DNA of 54,101 nt from Candidatus Aminicenantales bacterium (GCA_049696855.1 JBAVUQ010000162.1:1-54101), one strand, 5' to 3'; shown: positions 34,783-44,512, counted from the stretch's first letter. The notes: generated by a model not told the origin, from the letters alone. Translations and numbers: made by a program.

Positions 34783-37054
34783 GCTTCGCGAGTCCCCAGG
34801 CGATCTGTCCGAGCGAGAGTGATTCGTCGTTGGGCGAATAGGCCAACGGCCGGAACACCCGGAATCCTTTGGCCCCAAGCCGCCTCTCCGTGCTTTCGAG
34901 AAGCCGCCTGTTGAGAAAGACCCCTCCGGCGAGCGAGACATCCTCCGTCCCGCGGAACCGCCGGGCCCTCTCCGCGACGCGGACGATGAGCTCGGCCAGG
35001 GAATCGTGGAACTTCGCCGATACGATCTTCACGGGCACGCCCTCCTCGACGTCGCGGACGAGGGCGCGGACGAGGGGCGCGAACGAGACCTCGATCGGGC
35101 GGCCGGGTCCCGCCTCGGTCAAGTCGACCGGATAGCGGCCGCGAGTGGCCCGGTCGGCGGCGGCCTCGAAGCGCATGGCCGCCTCGGCCTCGAATTCGAG
35201 ACGCTCGGGCGCCGTCCCGGCGATGAACGACACGGCGTCGAAGAGACGGCCGCAGCTCGACGTGAGAGGACTGCGGAGGCCGCTCCGGCTCATCTGGAGA
35301 ACGGCGGCGCGGCGCGAGCGCCCGATCCGGCGGAGGGCCGCGAGGTCGGGGATCGTTCCGCCGAACGCTTTATCGAGCCAAGCCAGGGCCATCCGCCACG
35401 GCTCGCGCGCCGCGAGGTCGCCGCCGGGGAGGGGCACCGGCTCGAACCGGGCGAAGCGCTCGAAGTCTCGATAATCGGCCAGCAGGAACTCCCCGCCCCA
35501 GGCCGTCCCGTCCTCGCCGTAGCCGTACCCGTCGAGGGCCACACCCAGGACGCGCCGCCGCGGCTCATGCCCGTGCTCGAGGAGCGGGGCCAGGACGTGG
35601 GCGTGGTGATGCTGGACGCGATAGTGGGGGAGGCCCATCCGGGAGGCATACCGGGTCGTCCGGAAATCGGGGTGCAGGTCCGAGACGACGGCTTCGGGGC
35701 GGGCGTCGAAGAGCCGGAGGAGATGGGCCAGGGTCTCCTCGAAATAGCCGAAGTTCCTGTAGTCGTCGAGGTCGCCGAGGAACTGGCTGGTGACGACGTA
35801 GCCGTTCTTGTAGAGGGAGATGGTGTCCTTGAGCTCGCCTCCGAGGGCGACGAGGACGCGCTCGGACCGGAGCGCCTCCGGAACGGGCTGCGGGTAGGGG
35901 ACATAGCCGCGGGCCCGGCGGACGAAGAGGGGGCGGCCCGCGACGACCTTGACGACCGAGTCGTCGGCCCGCATCGCGATCGGGCGGTTGTGGCTCAGCA
36001 CGGCCCGGCAAAGTCCGCGGACGCCCTCCCGCTCCTCCTTGATGATCGGGGCGTCCTTGGCGTTGGAGCTCGTGGCCACGATGAGATCGAGGCGCTCGAG
36101 GAGGAGGCGGTGGAGGGGCGTGTAGGGCAGCATGAAGCCGATCTCGTCGAGGCCGGGCGCGATGAGCGGGATGTCCCGCTTCTTCCTGAGGAGGACGATC
36201 GGCCGCCGCGGCGAGAGCAGGAGCTCGCGCTCGGCCGGCGAAACGACGGCGAAGCGCCGGACGACCGCGAGATCGCGGGCCATCAGGGCGAGGGGCTTCG
36301 TCCGGCGGGCCTTGGTCCGGCGCAGGCGGGCGACGGCCGGCGCGTTGAACGGGTCGCAGACCAGGTGAAAGCCGCCGAGCCCCTTGACGGCCAGGACCTG
36401 TCCGGAGCGGATAAGGGCCACGGCCTCGGGGATGTCGCCGCGGAGCCTGCGGCCCGAGCGGGCGTCGACGAGAGTCAGGCGCGGCCCGCAGACCGGGCAG
36501 GCGATCGGCTGGGCGTGGTGGCGCCGGTCGAGGGGGTCCTCGTATTCGCGGCGGCAGTCCGGGCACATCGTGAAGCCGGCCATGGTCGTCCGCGAGCGGT
36601 CATAGGGCAGGCCGCGGACGATGGTGTAGCGCGGGCCGCAGTTGGTGCAATTGGTGAAGGCGTAGCGGTAGCGGCGCTCTCCCGGGGTCTCGATCTCCCT
36701 GGCGCAGTCGGGGCAGGTGGCGATGTCGGGCGAGATGAAGACGAAGCCGGCGCGATCGCGTGTCTCGCGGATCTCGAAGCCGGAGAGGCCCTCGACCGGC
36801 GCCGGGCGGAGGTCGAGCTTTTCGATGACGGCGAGAGGGGGCAGGCCGGCCCGCAGGGCGGCGGGGAACTCTTCGCGGACGACCCGGAACGGCCCCTCGA
36901 CATGGATCTCGACGCCGGAACCGGCGTTCTCGACCCAGCCGTCGAGACCGAGCTTCCGGGCCAGGCGGTACACGCAGGGCCGGAAGCCGACGCCCTGGAC
37001 GACGCCGAACACCGTGAGACGGGCGGCCGATCGGCGTCCGGTCGGGGCGGTCAT
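34763..37054 (-). CDS. hypF: [NiFe]-hydrogenase maturation carbamoyltransferase HypF
   Basis: 763 aa with an N-terminal acylphosphatase-like domain (VFGVVQGVGFRP), paired CxxC zinc fingers (CPDC..CTNCGPR; CPDC..CPVCGP), a YrdC-like domain and a Kae1-like C-terminal domain. Confidence 0.95.
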   Translation of the reverse strand: MTAPTGRRSAARLTVFGVVQGVGFRPCVYRLARKLGLDGWVENAGSGVEIHVEGPFRVVREEFPAALRAGLPPLAVIEKLDLRPAPVEGLSGFEIRETRDRAGFVFISPDIATCPDCAREIETPGERRYRYAFTNCTNCGPRYTIVRGLPYDRSRTTMAGFTMCPDCRREYEDPLDRRHHAQPIACPVCGPRLTLVDARSGRRLRGDIPEAVALIRSGQVLAVKGLGGFHLVCDPFNAPAVARLRRTKARRTKPLALMARDLAVVRRFAVVSPAERELLLSPRRPIVLLRKKRDIPLIAPGLDEIGFMLPYTPLHRLLLERLDLIVATSSNAKDAPIIKEEREGVRGLCRAVLSHNRPIAMRADDSVVKVVAGRPLFVRRARGYVPYPQPVPEALRSERVLVALGGELKDTISLYKNGYVVTSQFLGDLDDYRNFGYFEETLAHLLRLFDARPEAVVSDLHPDFRTTRYASRMGLPHYRVQHHHAHVLAPLLEHGHEPRRRVLGVALDGYGYGEDGTAWGGEFLLADYRDFERFARFEPVPLPGGDLAAREPWRMALAWLDKAFGGTIPDLAALRRIGRSRRAAVLQMSRSGLRSPLTSSCGRLFDAVSFIAGTAPERLEFEAEAAMRFEAAADRATRGRYPVDLTEAGPGRPIEVSFAPLVRALVRDVEEGVPVKIVSAKFHDSLAELIVRVAERARRFRGTEDVSLAGGVFLNRRLLESTERRLGAKGFRVFRPLAYSPNDESLSLGQIAWGLAKLRSGGA

Positions 37055-37067
37055 GCGCGGCGTCCCG

Positions 37068-37631
37068 TCACGACGAGGTCCGCTTGAGGGCGGCGGCGTC
37101 CCGGCTATAAACGCAGCCGCAATAGTCTTGCCGGTAGAGCCCGTGGGCCCGGCTGAGGTCGACGCTCTTCTTGAAGCCGTCCTTCTTTTTGAAGTCCGCT
37201 TCGAGAAAGGCGATGCCGTGACGGACGGCGAACTGGCGGCCCATCCGGTTCAGGACCGCCGCCTTCTTCCAGGGACTGAGGCTCATGACCGTGGTGAAGG
37301 CGTCGAACCCCTCGCGGGCCGCGCGCGCCGCCGTCCGGGCGAGCCGCACGGCGTAGCAGACGTCGCAGCGGCGGCCCTTCTCCGGCTCATCCTTGAATTT
37401 CAAGGTCAGGGCGGTCCAGCCCTCCGGATCGTAGTCGTCCTCGATCAGGCCGACGCCCGAGGCGAGGGCGATCTTGCGGGCTTCGTCGAGCCGGAGGTCG
37501 TACTCCCGGCGCGGCTGGATGTTCGAATTCGAAAAGAATCCGGTCACCTCGTAGCCGTCCTTGAGCACGCCGAAGACATAGAGAGCGTCGGGCGCGCAGC
37601 AGACGTGGACCAGGATGCGGGGCTTTCGCAC
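37068..37631 (-). CDS. queH: Epoxyqueuosine reductase QueH (DUF208)
   Basis: VHVCCAPDA and DYCGCVYS motifs. A GTG start is proposed at 37631, 4 nt after the upstream stop, because the ORF-track N-terminal extension overlaps the upstream gene. Confidence 0.8.
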   Translation of the reverse strand: MRKPRILVHVCCAPDALYVFGVLKDGYEVTGFFSNSNIQPRREYDLRLDEARKIALASGVGLIEDDYDPEGWTALTLKFKDEPEKGRRCDVCYAVRLARTAARAAREGFDAFTTVMSLSPWKKAAVLNRMGRQFAVRHGIAFLEADFKKKDGFKKSVDLSRAHGLYRQDYCGCVYSRDAAALKRTSS

Positions 37632-37635
37632 GGGA

Positions 37636-38673
37636 CTAGGCCAGGTGCTCCAGGCGGGCTTCGAGATCGGCGATGGCCTTGTCGACGCCGTCGATCTGGA
37701 AGTAGATGACCGCCAGTTCCTCATGGTCGATCCGCGAGGCATCGAGGATGCGGCCGACGCTCTCGAACAGGGGCTCCATGAGCCGCTTGACGTCGACGAT
37801 CTTGTCCTGGATGCGCTCCTTGGCCCTTTGCCACTCCCGGATCTCCTTTTCGCGCGCCTGGAGCCGTTCGCGGTACTCTTCCTCGATGCGCTGGATGGCG
37901 GCGTTGAAGACGCGCACCCGGGCCTCGACCTCCTCGAGACGGCGGTCGAGGCGGTAACGCTCTTCCTGGAGACGAGGCGCTTTCTCGCGCAGGGCGGTGA
38001 CGAGCCCGATCAGGGAGGCCGCCTTTTCCCTGTCCCTGTCCAATCGGGCGGCCCGGTCGGATTCGGAGGGTCGGGCCGTCGCCTCGAGCTGACGGATGTC
38101 CTTTTCGACCTCGGCGAGCTGGGCCTCGGCGGACTCGGCCTCGCGGAGGGACGATTCCAGGGCTTCGAGGATCTCGTTCTTCTTGTTGGCCAGCGCGAGC
38201 ATCTCCTCCTGGTGCGGCCGCCGGGCCTCCTCCTGCTCGGCGACGAGCTCCCGGAACCGCTTGAGCGCGGCGTCGTGCTCGCGGCCGAGGACCTCGATGC
38301 GCGAGTAGACGTCGTGCCAGGTCTTCTGATGGTGGCCGATCTCCTGGTCGAGGACGGACAGCTTGGCGCATTCCTCCTCGATGCAGGACGCCTGGACATC
38401 CTCGCTCCAAGCTTGCTTCCCGAGCTCCCGCCAGAGCGCGGTTTTCTTCTCCCGTTCCCTTTTCAGCCTGGCCTGGATCCGGAGGCGGAGCATGTGGCGG
38501 CGGGCGCCCGACAGGAAAGCGCTGATGCGCCGGCGGAGGTCCTTGTCGCGGAGGAAGATGAAGACGACGAGCAGCAGGATGACGCAGAGCAGGAACCACA
38601 GCAGCCAGAACGGAAGACCTTCCGCGGCGCCGGCGGCGGGCTGGACCTGGAGGCTCGCTTCCACGCCCTCCAT
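37636..38673 (-). CDS. Membrane-anchored long coiled-coil protein (function unknown)
   Basis: The start is taken at MEGVEASL (38673). One TM (FWLLWFLLCVILLLVVFIF) is followed by ~280 aa of heptad-rich E/R/K/L sequence. Confidence 0.65.
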   Translation of the reverse strand: MEGVEASLQVQPAAGAAEGLPFWLLWFLLCVILLLVVFIFLRDKDLRRRISAFLSGARRHMLRLRIQARLKREREKKTALWRELGKQAWSEDVQASCIEEECAKLSVLDQEIGHHQKTWHDVYSRIEVLGREHDAALKRFRELVAEQEEARRPHQEEMLALANKKNEILEALESSLREAESAEAQLAEVEKDIRQLEATARPSESDRAARLDRDREKAASLIGLVTALREKAPRLQEERYRLDRRLEEVEARVRVFNAAIQRIEEEYRERLQAREKEIREWQRAKERIQDKIVDVKRLMEPLFESVGRILDASRIDHEELAVIYFQIDGVDKAIADLEARLEHLA

Positions 38674-38717
38674 TATGTCACAGGGCCCGCACCCCCGACA
38701 ACAAGAAGGGGTCAAAC

Positions 38718-40046
38718 TAGGCCTGTCCGGTTGTTGTTTTTTAAAAGTCTTCTAACTTATTGAATAAGTTTTAAAAAGGGGCATTTTCGAGCGTTTTCGA
38801 TTTGAACGGTCCTCCCTGTTGGGTGTATGGCCATCCTTGAGCCCCGTGAGGGGCAAGGAGGGGCCGATGAACGCTGGCCGGACGATCCTCGCTCAGCTCA
38901 TGGAGTTCATCCCCCGACATGAGTTCAAGCGATGCGTCGCGCGTTATCGGGGTCATTACAAGGTCCAGAGCTTTTCCTGCTGGGACCAGTTCCTCTGCAT
39001 GGCCTTCGCTCAACTGACCTTCCGGGAGAGCCTGCGCGACATCGAGGCCTGCCTCCGGTCGATCTCCGGCCGGCTCTATCACTGCGGCTTCCGCGGCCGT
39101 GTCTCCCGCAGCACCATAGCCGATGCCAACGAGCATCGCGACTGGAGGATCTACGCCGATTTTGCCCGTGTCCTCATCGACCGGGCCCGCCTCCTCTATC
39201 GCGACGAGGACCTCGGGCTGGAGTTGGACGAGACCATCTATGCCTTCGACTCGACGACGATCGACCTCTGCCTGTCCCTTTTCCCCTGGGCCCCCTTCCA
39301 ACAACGGAAGGCGGCCGTCAAGCTGCACACCCTGCTCGACTTACGCGGCTCCATCCCGACCTTCATCAGGGTCACGGACGGCCGCGTCCACGATGTCCTC
39401 GTCCTCGATGAGATCATCCCCGAGCCCGGTAGCTTTTATGTCCTGGACCGGGGATATATCTGCTTCAAGAGGCTCTATCGGCTGCATCAGAGCCAGGCCT
39501 TCTTTATCATCCGGGCCCGCCGCGGCCTGCAGTTCCGCCGGGTCTACTCCCACCCCGTCGACCGCTCCCAAGGTCTGCTCTTCGACCAAACGATCGTTTT
39601 GACCGGCGTTGCCACCCAGGCGTTCTATCCCGAAAGGCTTCGCCGCGTCGGTGTCTTCGACCCGAAACAGCCGAACTTCTGCCTCTTGACGAACCACTTC
39701 GGACTTCCCGCCTCGACCATCGCAGCCCTCTACAAGCACCGTTGGAAGATCGAGCTGTTCTTCCGCTGGATCAAGCAACACCTGCATATCAAGTCCTTCT
39801 TCGGCACTTCGAGGAACGCCGTCATGACCCAGATCTGGATAGCCATGGCCGTGTACGCTCTGGTCGCGATCGTCAGAAAAGAGCTCAATATCGACCGCCC
39901 ACTCTACACCATCTTACAGGTGATCAGCGTGAATCCGTTCAGCCAAACGCCATTAAATGAACTACTTAAGCAAAGCGACGGACCGGTCCAATATGTTGCT
40001 GATCCTAACCAGTTGATTTTATTCGAATAATAACCGGACAGGCCTA
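38718..40046 (+). mobile_element. Complete IS4-family insertion sequence (1329 bp)
   Basis: 15-bp perfect terminal inverted repeats TAGGCCTGTCCGGTT (38718-38732) and AACCGGACAGGCCTA (40032-40046). They are flanked by the 9-bp direct duplication GGGTCAAAC (38709-38717 and 40047-40055). Confidence 0.9.
38867..40030 (+). CDS. IS4-family DDE transposase
   Basis: 387 aa from the ATG at 38867. The N-terminus ILAQLMEFIPRHEFKRCVARYRGHYKVQSFSCWDQFLCMAFAQL is typical of this IS4 subgroup, with YVLDRGY and YKHRWKIELFFRWIKQ DDE-region motifs. Confidence 0.9.
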   Translation: MNAGRTILAQLMEFIPRHEFKRCVARYRGHYKVQSFSCWDQFLCMAFAQLTFRESLRDIEACLRSISGRLYHCGFRGRVSRSTIADANEHRDWRIYADFARVLIDRARLLYRDEDLGLELDETIYAFDSTTIDLCLSLFPWAPFQQRKAAVKLHTLLDLRGSIPTFIRVTDGRVHDVLVLDEIIPEPGSFYVLDRGYICFKRLYRLHQSQAFFIIRARRGLQFRRVYSHPVDRSQGLLFDQTIVLTGVATQAFYPERLRRVGVFDPKQPNFCLLTNHFGLPASTIAALYKHRWKIELFFRWIKQHLHIKSFFGTSRNAVMTQIWIAMAVYALVAIVRKELNIDRPLYTILQVISVNPFSQTPLNELLKQSDGPVQYVADPNQLILFE

Positions 40047-40127
40047 GGGTCAAACCTATTTTTCGTTACTTTCTTGAGCCTGGGCCCGCCTTCTTTTCGT
40101 AAAGTAACGAAAAATAGGTTTGACCCC
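40047..40127. repeat. Hairpin repeat copy B: perfect 26/27-bp inverted repeat around a 28-nt loop (left tip hit by the IS)
   Basis: GGGTCAAACCTATTTTTCGTTACTTT (40047-40072) is the reverse complement of 40101-40126. The outer 14 nt are shared with copy A. It ends 3 nt before the stop of the minus-strand gene at 40131. Confidence 0.9.
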
Positions 40128-40130
40128 TTC

Positions 40131-40634
40131 TTATTTATATTGCCGGAACAGGCGGACGAGGGTGTCCTTGGTCATGAGCTCCGATTGCCGGAAGCGGATG
40201 ACACCTTTGCGGTCGATGACGATCGTGGCGGGGATATAATCTCCGGGCTCATAGGCCGTGATGATCTCGGGCGTCGCCAGGGCGATCGGGTAATTGATGC
40301 CCATCTTGCGCGTCCAGTCGAGGAGGGCGGGACCGGTCGTCTGGTCTACGGAGAGGCCGAGGATCTCCAGCCCTTCACCCTTGAGCTCCTTGTAGGCCGC
40401 GATGAGATCGGGGATCTCCCGGCGGCAGGGCGGGCACCACGTCGCCCAAAAGTTGATGACCAGGACCTTACCCTTGTAGGCGGCCAGGTTCAGGGAGTTC
40501 CCCTGGAGGTCCTGGACCGAGAAAGCCGGCGCGGGAACAGCCTCGGCATCCTGACGGGACTGGGCGCAAGCGGCTGCCCCAAGGGCAAGCATCAAAATGA
40601 CGGTCGATGCCGAAACGGCGATAAGCTTCTTCAT
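40131..40634 (-). CDS. TlpA/ResA-like thiol:disulfide oxidoreductase (thioredoxin fold), secreted
   Basis: ATG at 40634 follows GAGGAG. It has a signal peptide and the active site WATWCPPC. Confidence 0.85.
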   Translation of the reverse strand: MKKLIAVSASTVILMLALGAAACAQSRQDAEAVPAPAFSVQDLQGNSLNLAAYKGKVLVINFWATWCPPCRREIPDLIAAYKELKGEGLEILGLSVDQTTGPALLDWTRKMGINYPIALATPEIITAYEPGDYIPATIVIDRKGVIRFRQSELMTKDTLVRLFRQYK

Positions 40635-40703
40635 CAAGCGCTCCTCATTTCGCGGGGATCTGATCAAGACGATATCAAGTATAGGGGAAGGGCAACGGGG
40701 CGT

Positions 40704-41609
40704 CTAGGCGCAGCCCTTGGTCAGGCGCTCCCAGCGGGCGTCGACTTCGGCCTGGACAGCCGCGATTTGCTCGGGCCCGAGGTGCCGGAAGCGGCCCTGG
40801 AGGCGCAGATAGTCATCGACCGGCTTCCTCTCCTTGAGCTTCAGGTTGAGCGTCGTCTTTTCGCCGTTCTCGATCTCCAGCAGCGGGAAGTAGCCGTTTT
40901 GGACGGCCATACGGGCCAGCTTGATCGTATCGTCGGGCCGGCTCTTCCAGCCCGTCGGGCAGGGCGCGTAAACGTGGAAAAATCGCGTGCCCTTGATGTC
41001 CTTGGCCTTTTTCATCTTCTTGAAGAAATCCTCCGGGTGGGAGATGCTGGCCGTGGCGATATAGGGGATGCGGTGCGCGGCCATGATGGCCACGATGTCC
41101 TTCTTGGGCCGGGTCTTGAAGTGCTTGACCGGCGTCGTCGTCGTCCAGGCGCCATAGGGCGTCGCCGACGAGCGCTGGATGCCCGTGTTCATATAGGCTT
41201 CATTGTCGTAACAGACGTAGATGATGTCCTCGTTCCGCTCGGCCGCCCCGGACAGGGCCTGGATGCCGATATCGAAGGTGCCGCCGTCGCCGGCCCAGGC
41301 GACGACCGTCGTCTCCTTGTCGCCCGTCATCTCCAGGCCGGCCTTGACCCCCGTCGCCGTCGACGCGGCCGTCTCGAACGCGCAATGATAGATCGGCACG
41401 TCCATCGAAGAGTAAGGATAGGGCCCGTCGATGACGGCCCAGCAGCAGGCGGGGATGCAGAGGACGGTCTGCTTCCCCAGGGCCTTGAGCATGTACCGCA
41501 TGGCCAGCGTGGCGCCGCAGCCCTGGCAGGCCAGATGGCCGCAGGCCATCAGCTCGTCGGCCGGCAGGGTCATCGTGAACTTTCTCTGTTTTTTGACTTC
41601 TTGGCTCAT
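40704..41609 (-). CDS. porB: 2-oxoacid (pyruvate):ferredoxin oxidoreductase beta subunit (TPP-binding)
   Basis: GDGGTFDIG TPP motif and CQGCG. The start overlaps the porA stop (ATGA). Confidence 0.9.
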   Translation of the reverse strand: MSQEVKKQRKFTMTLPADELMACGHLACQGCGATLAMRYMLKALGKQTVLCIPACCWAVIDGPYPYSSMDVPIYHCAFETAASTATGVKAGLEMTGDKETTVVAWAGDGGTFDIGIQALSGAAERNEDIIYVCYDNEAYMNTGIQRSSATPYGAWTTTTPVKHFKTRPKKDIVAIMAAHRIPYIATASISHPEDFFKKMKKAKDIKGTRFFHVYAPCPTGWKSRPDDTIKLARMAVQNGYFPLLEIENGEKTTLNLKLKERKPVDDYLRLQGRFRHLGPEQIAAVQAEVDARWERLTKGCA

Positions 41610-42760
41610 TTCTTGACTCCGATCCAGACGATCTCCTCGCCGGCCCTCTCCTTGGCCATCGCGTCCGCGGCGACCTCCTTGAACGAGTCGGTCGTGATGT
41701 CGCGCCCGCCCAGCCCGGCGATGTAGCCGATGATCGGCGGCATGCCCGGCCGGCCGTAGACCGCGGACTTCACTTCCTGGTAAAAAATGCCGCCCGCGCC
41801 GTAGGAGCAGTTCCGGTCGACGACGGCCGCCTTCTTGACTTTCGCCAGGACCTCGCGGACCCGGTCGAACGGGAAGGGCCGGAAGACCTTGATGCGCAGG
41901 TTCCCGGCCTTGACCCCGGACGTCCTGAGCTGGTCGACGGCCACCCGCGCCGTGTAGCCCGCCGTCCCCGAGGTGACGAAGATGAAATCGGCGTCGTCGC
42001 ACCGGTACGGGTCGACGAGCCCGAGGTTGCGGCCGAAAAGCTTTTCGTACTCGCGGCCCGTCTCCTCGATCAGGGCCGGCGCCTTCTCCATGTCCTTCTC
42101 GAGCTTGTAGCGGAGCTCCATGTAGTGCTCGGCGCCGGTCAGGCCGCCGAACGCCCGCGGATCGGCCGGGGTCAGCTTGATCGCCGGCCTGAACGGCGGC
42201 AGGTACTTGTCGACCAGGGCCTGATCCGGGACGTCGACGACCTCGTAGGTGTGGGACAAGGCGAAGGCGTCGAGGACGACCATGGCCGGGATCATCAGCG
42301 TCTCCGCGACCTTGAACGCCTGGATGACCGTGTCGACGACCTCCTGGTTCGAGGCGCAGTAGAACTGCATCCAGCCCGTGTCCCGCTGGGACAGGCTGTC
42401 GTTCTGGTCCGTCCAGATCGACCAGCCGGGGGCCATGGACCGGTTGATGTTGCCCATGACAACGGGGTGGCGCCCGCCGCCAGCCCAGTGGAGCATCTCG
42501 TGCATCAGGGCCAGCCCCTGGGACGAGGTCGCCGTGAACGTCCGCGCCCCGGCGACCGACGCGCCGATGCAGGAGGCCATGGCCGAGTGCTCCGACTCGA
42601 CCTTGATGAACTGGGCGTCGAGGGTCCCGTCGGAGCACATCTCCGAGAGGAGCTCGACGACCTGGGTCTGCGGCGTGATCGGGTAGGCGGAGATGACCTG
42701 CGACCGCGCCAGCATCGCGCCGTAGGACAGCGCGTGGTTGCCCATGATGACTTTTTTCAT
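41606..42760 (-). CDS. porA: 2-oxoacid (pyruvate):ferredoxin oxidoreductase alpha subunit
   Basis: MKKVIMGNHALSYGAMLARSQVISAYPITPQT is a typical N-terminus. 384 aa, with the start overlapping the porD stop. Confidence 0.9.
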   Translation of the reverse strand: MKKVIMGNHALSYGAMLARSQVISAYPITPQTQVVELLSEMCSDGTLDAQFIKVESEHSAMASCIGASVAGARTFTATSSQGLALMHEMLHWAGGGRHPVVMGNINRSMAPGWSIWTDQNDSLSQRDTGWMQFYCASNQEVVDTVIQAFKVAETLMIPAMVVLDAFALSHTYEVVDVPDQALVDKYLPPFRPAIKLTPADPRAFGGLTGAEHYMELRYKLEKDMEKAPALIEETGREYEKLFGRNLGLVDPYRCDDADFIFVTSGTAGYTARVAVDQLRTSGVKAGNLRIKVFRPFPFDRVREVLAKVKKAAVVDRNCSYGAGGIFYQEVKSAVYGRPGMPPIIGYIAGLGGRDITTDSFKEVAADAMAKERAGEEIVWIGVKK

Positions 42761-43053
42761 CTCCGTTCCTCCACCATGACGATGCACTTGGCCGGGCATT
42801 CCTCGGCGCAGATGCCGCAGCCCTTGCAGTAGTCGTAGTCCACGACCGGCCACTCGTCGACGATCTCGATCGACGGCTCGGGGCAGAATTTCCAGCAGAT
42901 GCCGCACTGGATGCACTTGCTGAGATCGATCTCGGGCCGGATGTTCCGCCAGGCCCCGGTCAGGTTGTGGGTCTGGTGGCCGACCGAGCAGATCATGAGC
43001 GGCATCTCTTCGGCCGAGTTGAAGACGACCTTCTTGGCTTTCTTGGGTCTCAT
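42757..43053 (-). CDS. porD: 2-oxoacid:ferredoxin oxidoreductase delta subunit (2x[4Fe-4S])
   Basis: CIQCGICWKFCP and CKGCGICAEECP motifs in 98 aa. Confidence 0.9.
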   Translation of the reverse strand: MRPKKAKKVVFNSAEEMPLMICSVGHQTHNLTGAWRNIRPEIDLSKCIQCGICWKFCPEPSIEIVDEWPVVDYDYCKGCGICAEECPAKCIVMVEERR

Positions 43054-43065
43054 GGCGTCCTTCCC

Positions 43066-43608
43066 TCAGGCCCTCTCGTAGGCTTCCCGGGCCGCCTCGA
43101 CGTTGTCCTCGGGCTTGATGGCGATCCCCTCGCGGATGGCCGCGGCCAGGGACTCGAGCTTGGTCAGGCCGAGGATCTTGATGACCGCTCCGGCGATGGC
43201 CGTGTTGACGATCGGCGCGGCCAGGCTGCCGAGCTTGTGCGCGACGGCGATCTCCGTGGCGTTGATCGTCCGGACGTTGAACCGGCCGTGGAACGGAAAG
43301 TCCCCGGGCCGGCGGTCGCTGTTGATGATGATTGTGCCGCCCGGCTTGAGGCCCTCGGTGATGTCGATGGCCTCGACCAGGGTCGGGTCGACGACGACGA
43401 CATGGTCGGGCGCATAGATGCGGCTCTTGTCGAAGATCTGATGGTCGTCGATGCGGATGAAGGCCACGACCGGCGAGCCGCGCCGCTCGACCCCGAACTC
43501 GGGATAGGCCTGGACCCATTTGCCCTCTTTGGCGATGGCATCGGCCAGGATCTTGGAGGCGACGACGGTCCCCTGACCGCCGCGGCCGTGGAAACGGATT
43601 TCGACCAT
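43066..43608 (-). CDS. porG: 2-oxoacid:ferredoxin oxidoreductase gamma subunit
   Basis: IRFHGRGGQGTVVASKILA is a typical N-terminus. 180 aa, first gene of the porGDAB order. Confidence 0.9.
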   Translation of the reverse strand: MVEIRFHGRGGQGTVVASKILADAIAKEGKWVQAYPEFGVERRGSPVVAFIRIDDHQIFDKSRIYAPDHVVVVDPTLVEAIDITEGLKPGGTIIINSDRRPGDFPFHGRFNVRTINATEIAVAHKLGSLAAPIVNTAIAGAVIKILGLTKLESLAAAIREGIAIKPEDNVEAAREAYERA

Positions 43609-43641
43609 AGGCCTCTCCTTAACGGTGTTGGATGAAGCGTT

Positions 43642-43670
43642 ATTATAAGCCCCTCGGGGAGGCGGGTCAA
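43642..43670 (-). promoter_or_regulatory. Candidate sigma70-type promoter of porGDAB (TTGACC-17 nt-TATAAT)
   Basis: On the minus strand, TTGACC at 43670-43665 and TATAAT at 43647-43642, with AAGGAGAGG before the porG ATG. Confidence 0.55.
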
Positions 43671-44512
43671 TCCGGTCGCGCTTGATAGAGCTTCTTCAGC
43701 ATGACCGCGTCGCCCTCGAGGTTCGGGCTCTCGCAGATGACCAGGCCCTCGACGCCGAGGTCGCGCAGAACCTCCAGCCATTCGTCGTAGCGGAAATCCG
43801 TCTCCTCGAGGTTGAGATGCTTGATCTCGCCCCTGTCCCCGAACTGGATCCCGGCGATGTGGATGTGGACGCTGCCGAGCGACCGGGGGCCGAGCTTGCG
43901 GGCCACCTTGTTCAGGACGCGCTCGAATTCCAGGTACGAATTGACCTTGCCCTCGCGCGCGTAGAGGTGCGAGAAATCGAGGCAGGGCTGGAGCCCGTCG
44001 ACGTCGCGGCAGAGGGACAGCACTTCATCGAGTGATCCGAACTGGGACCGCTTGCCCATGGTTTCGACGCGCAGAGCGATGGGCAGCCGCTCGGTCCGGA
44101 CGATGGACATCAGGGTCTTGAGCTCGGCCTTGACCGCCGCGTAGGTCTTTTCCGCCGGATCCTTTCCGTAGAAGGCGGCGTGGAAGACGACGCTCCCGGC
44201 GCCGCAGGCCGCGCCGACGCGGACCGTCTTGAGCAGCCGCTCCCGGCTCTGAAGCCTGATGCCGGGGTTCTCGGAGTTGAAGTTGATATGGTAGGGGGCG
44301 TGGACGCTCAGCCGGACGCCCGTCCCGGCGGCCTTCTCCCGGACCCTGGCGGCCGTGTCCAAGCCCATCTTGACGCCGTTGACGAACTCGATCTCCAGAG
44401 CGTCGAGGCCGAGGGCCTTGATGCGGTCTATCCCGGCCAGGCTCGAGTCGTCGGCCGAGGAAAATGGGACTCCGGCGGTGCCGAACAGAAGGCCTCTAGC
44501 CGCACTCGCCAT
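43667..44512 (-). CDS. TIM-barrel xylose-isomerase-like/endonuclease IV family protein
   Basis: In-frame ATG at 44512 ([14 protein letters not shown]). AP_endonuc_2-like segments are [31 protein letters not shown] and HIHIAG. Confidence 0.75.
   Translation of the reverse strand: MASAARGLLFGTAGVPFSSADDSSLAGIDRIKALGLDALEIEFVNGVKMGLDTAARVREKAAGTGVRLSVHAPYHINFNSENPGIRLQSRERLLKTVRVGAACGAGSVVFHAAFYGKDPAEKTYAAVKAELKTLMSIVRTERLPIALRVETMGKRSQFGSLDEVLSLCRDVDGLQPCLDFSHLYAREGKVNSYLEFERVLNKVARKLGPRSLGSVHIHIAGIQFGDRGEIKHLNLEETDFRYDEWLEVLRDLGVEGLVICESPNLEGDAVMLKKLYQARPD

Noticed and set aside
35006-37087. 693-aa plus-strand ORF
   Set aside because: It is an antisense shadow of hypF.
40074-41726. 550-aa plus-strand ORF starting inside hairpin copy B
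   Set aside because: It is antisense to the tlpA-like and porB genes. It has no motifs and a low-complexity translation.
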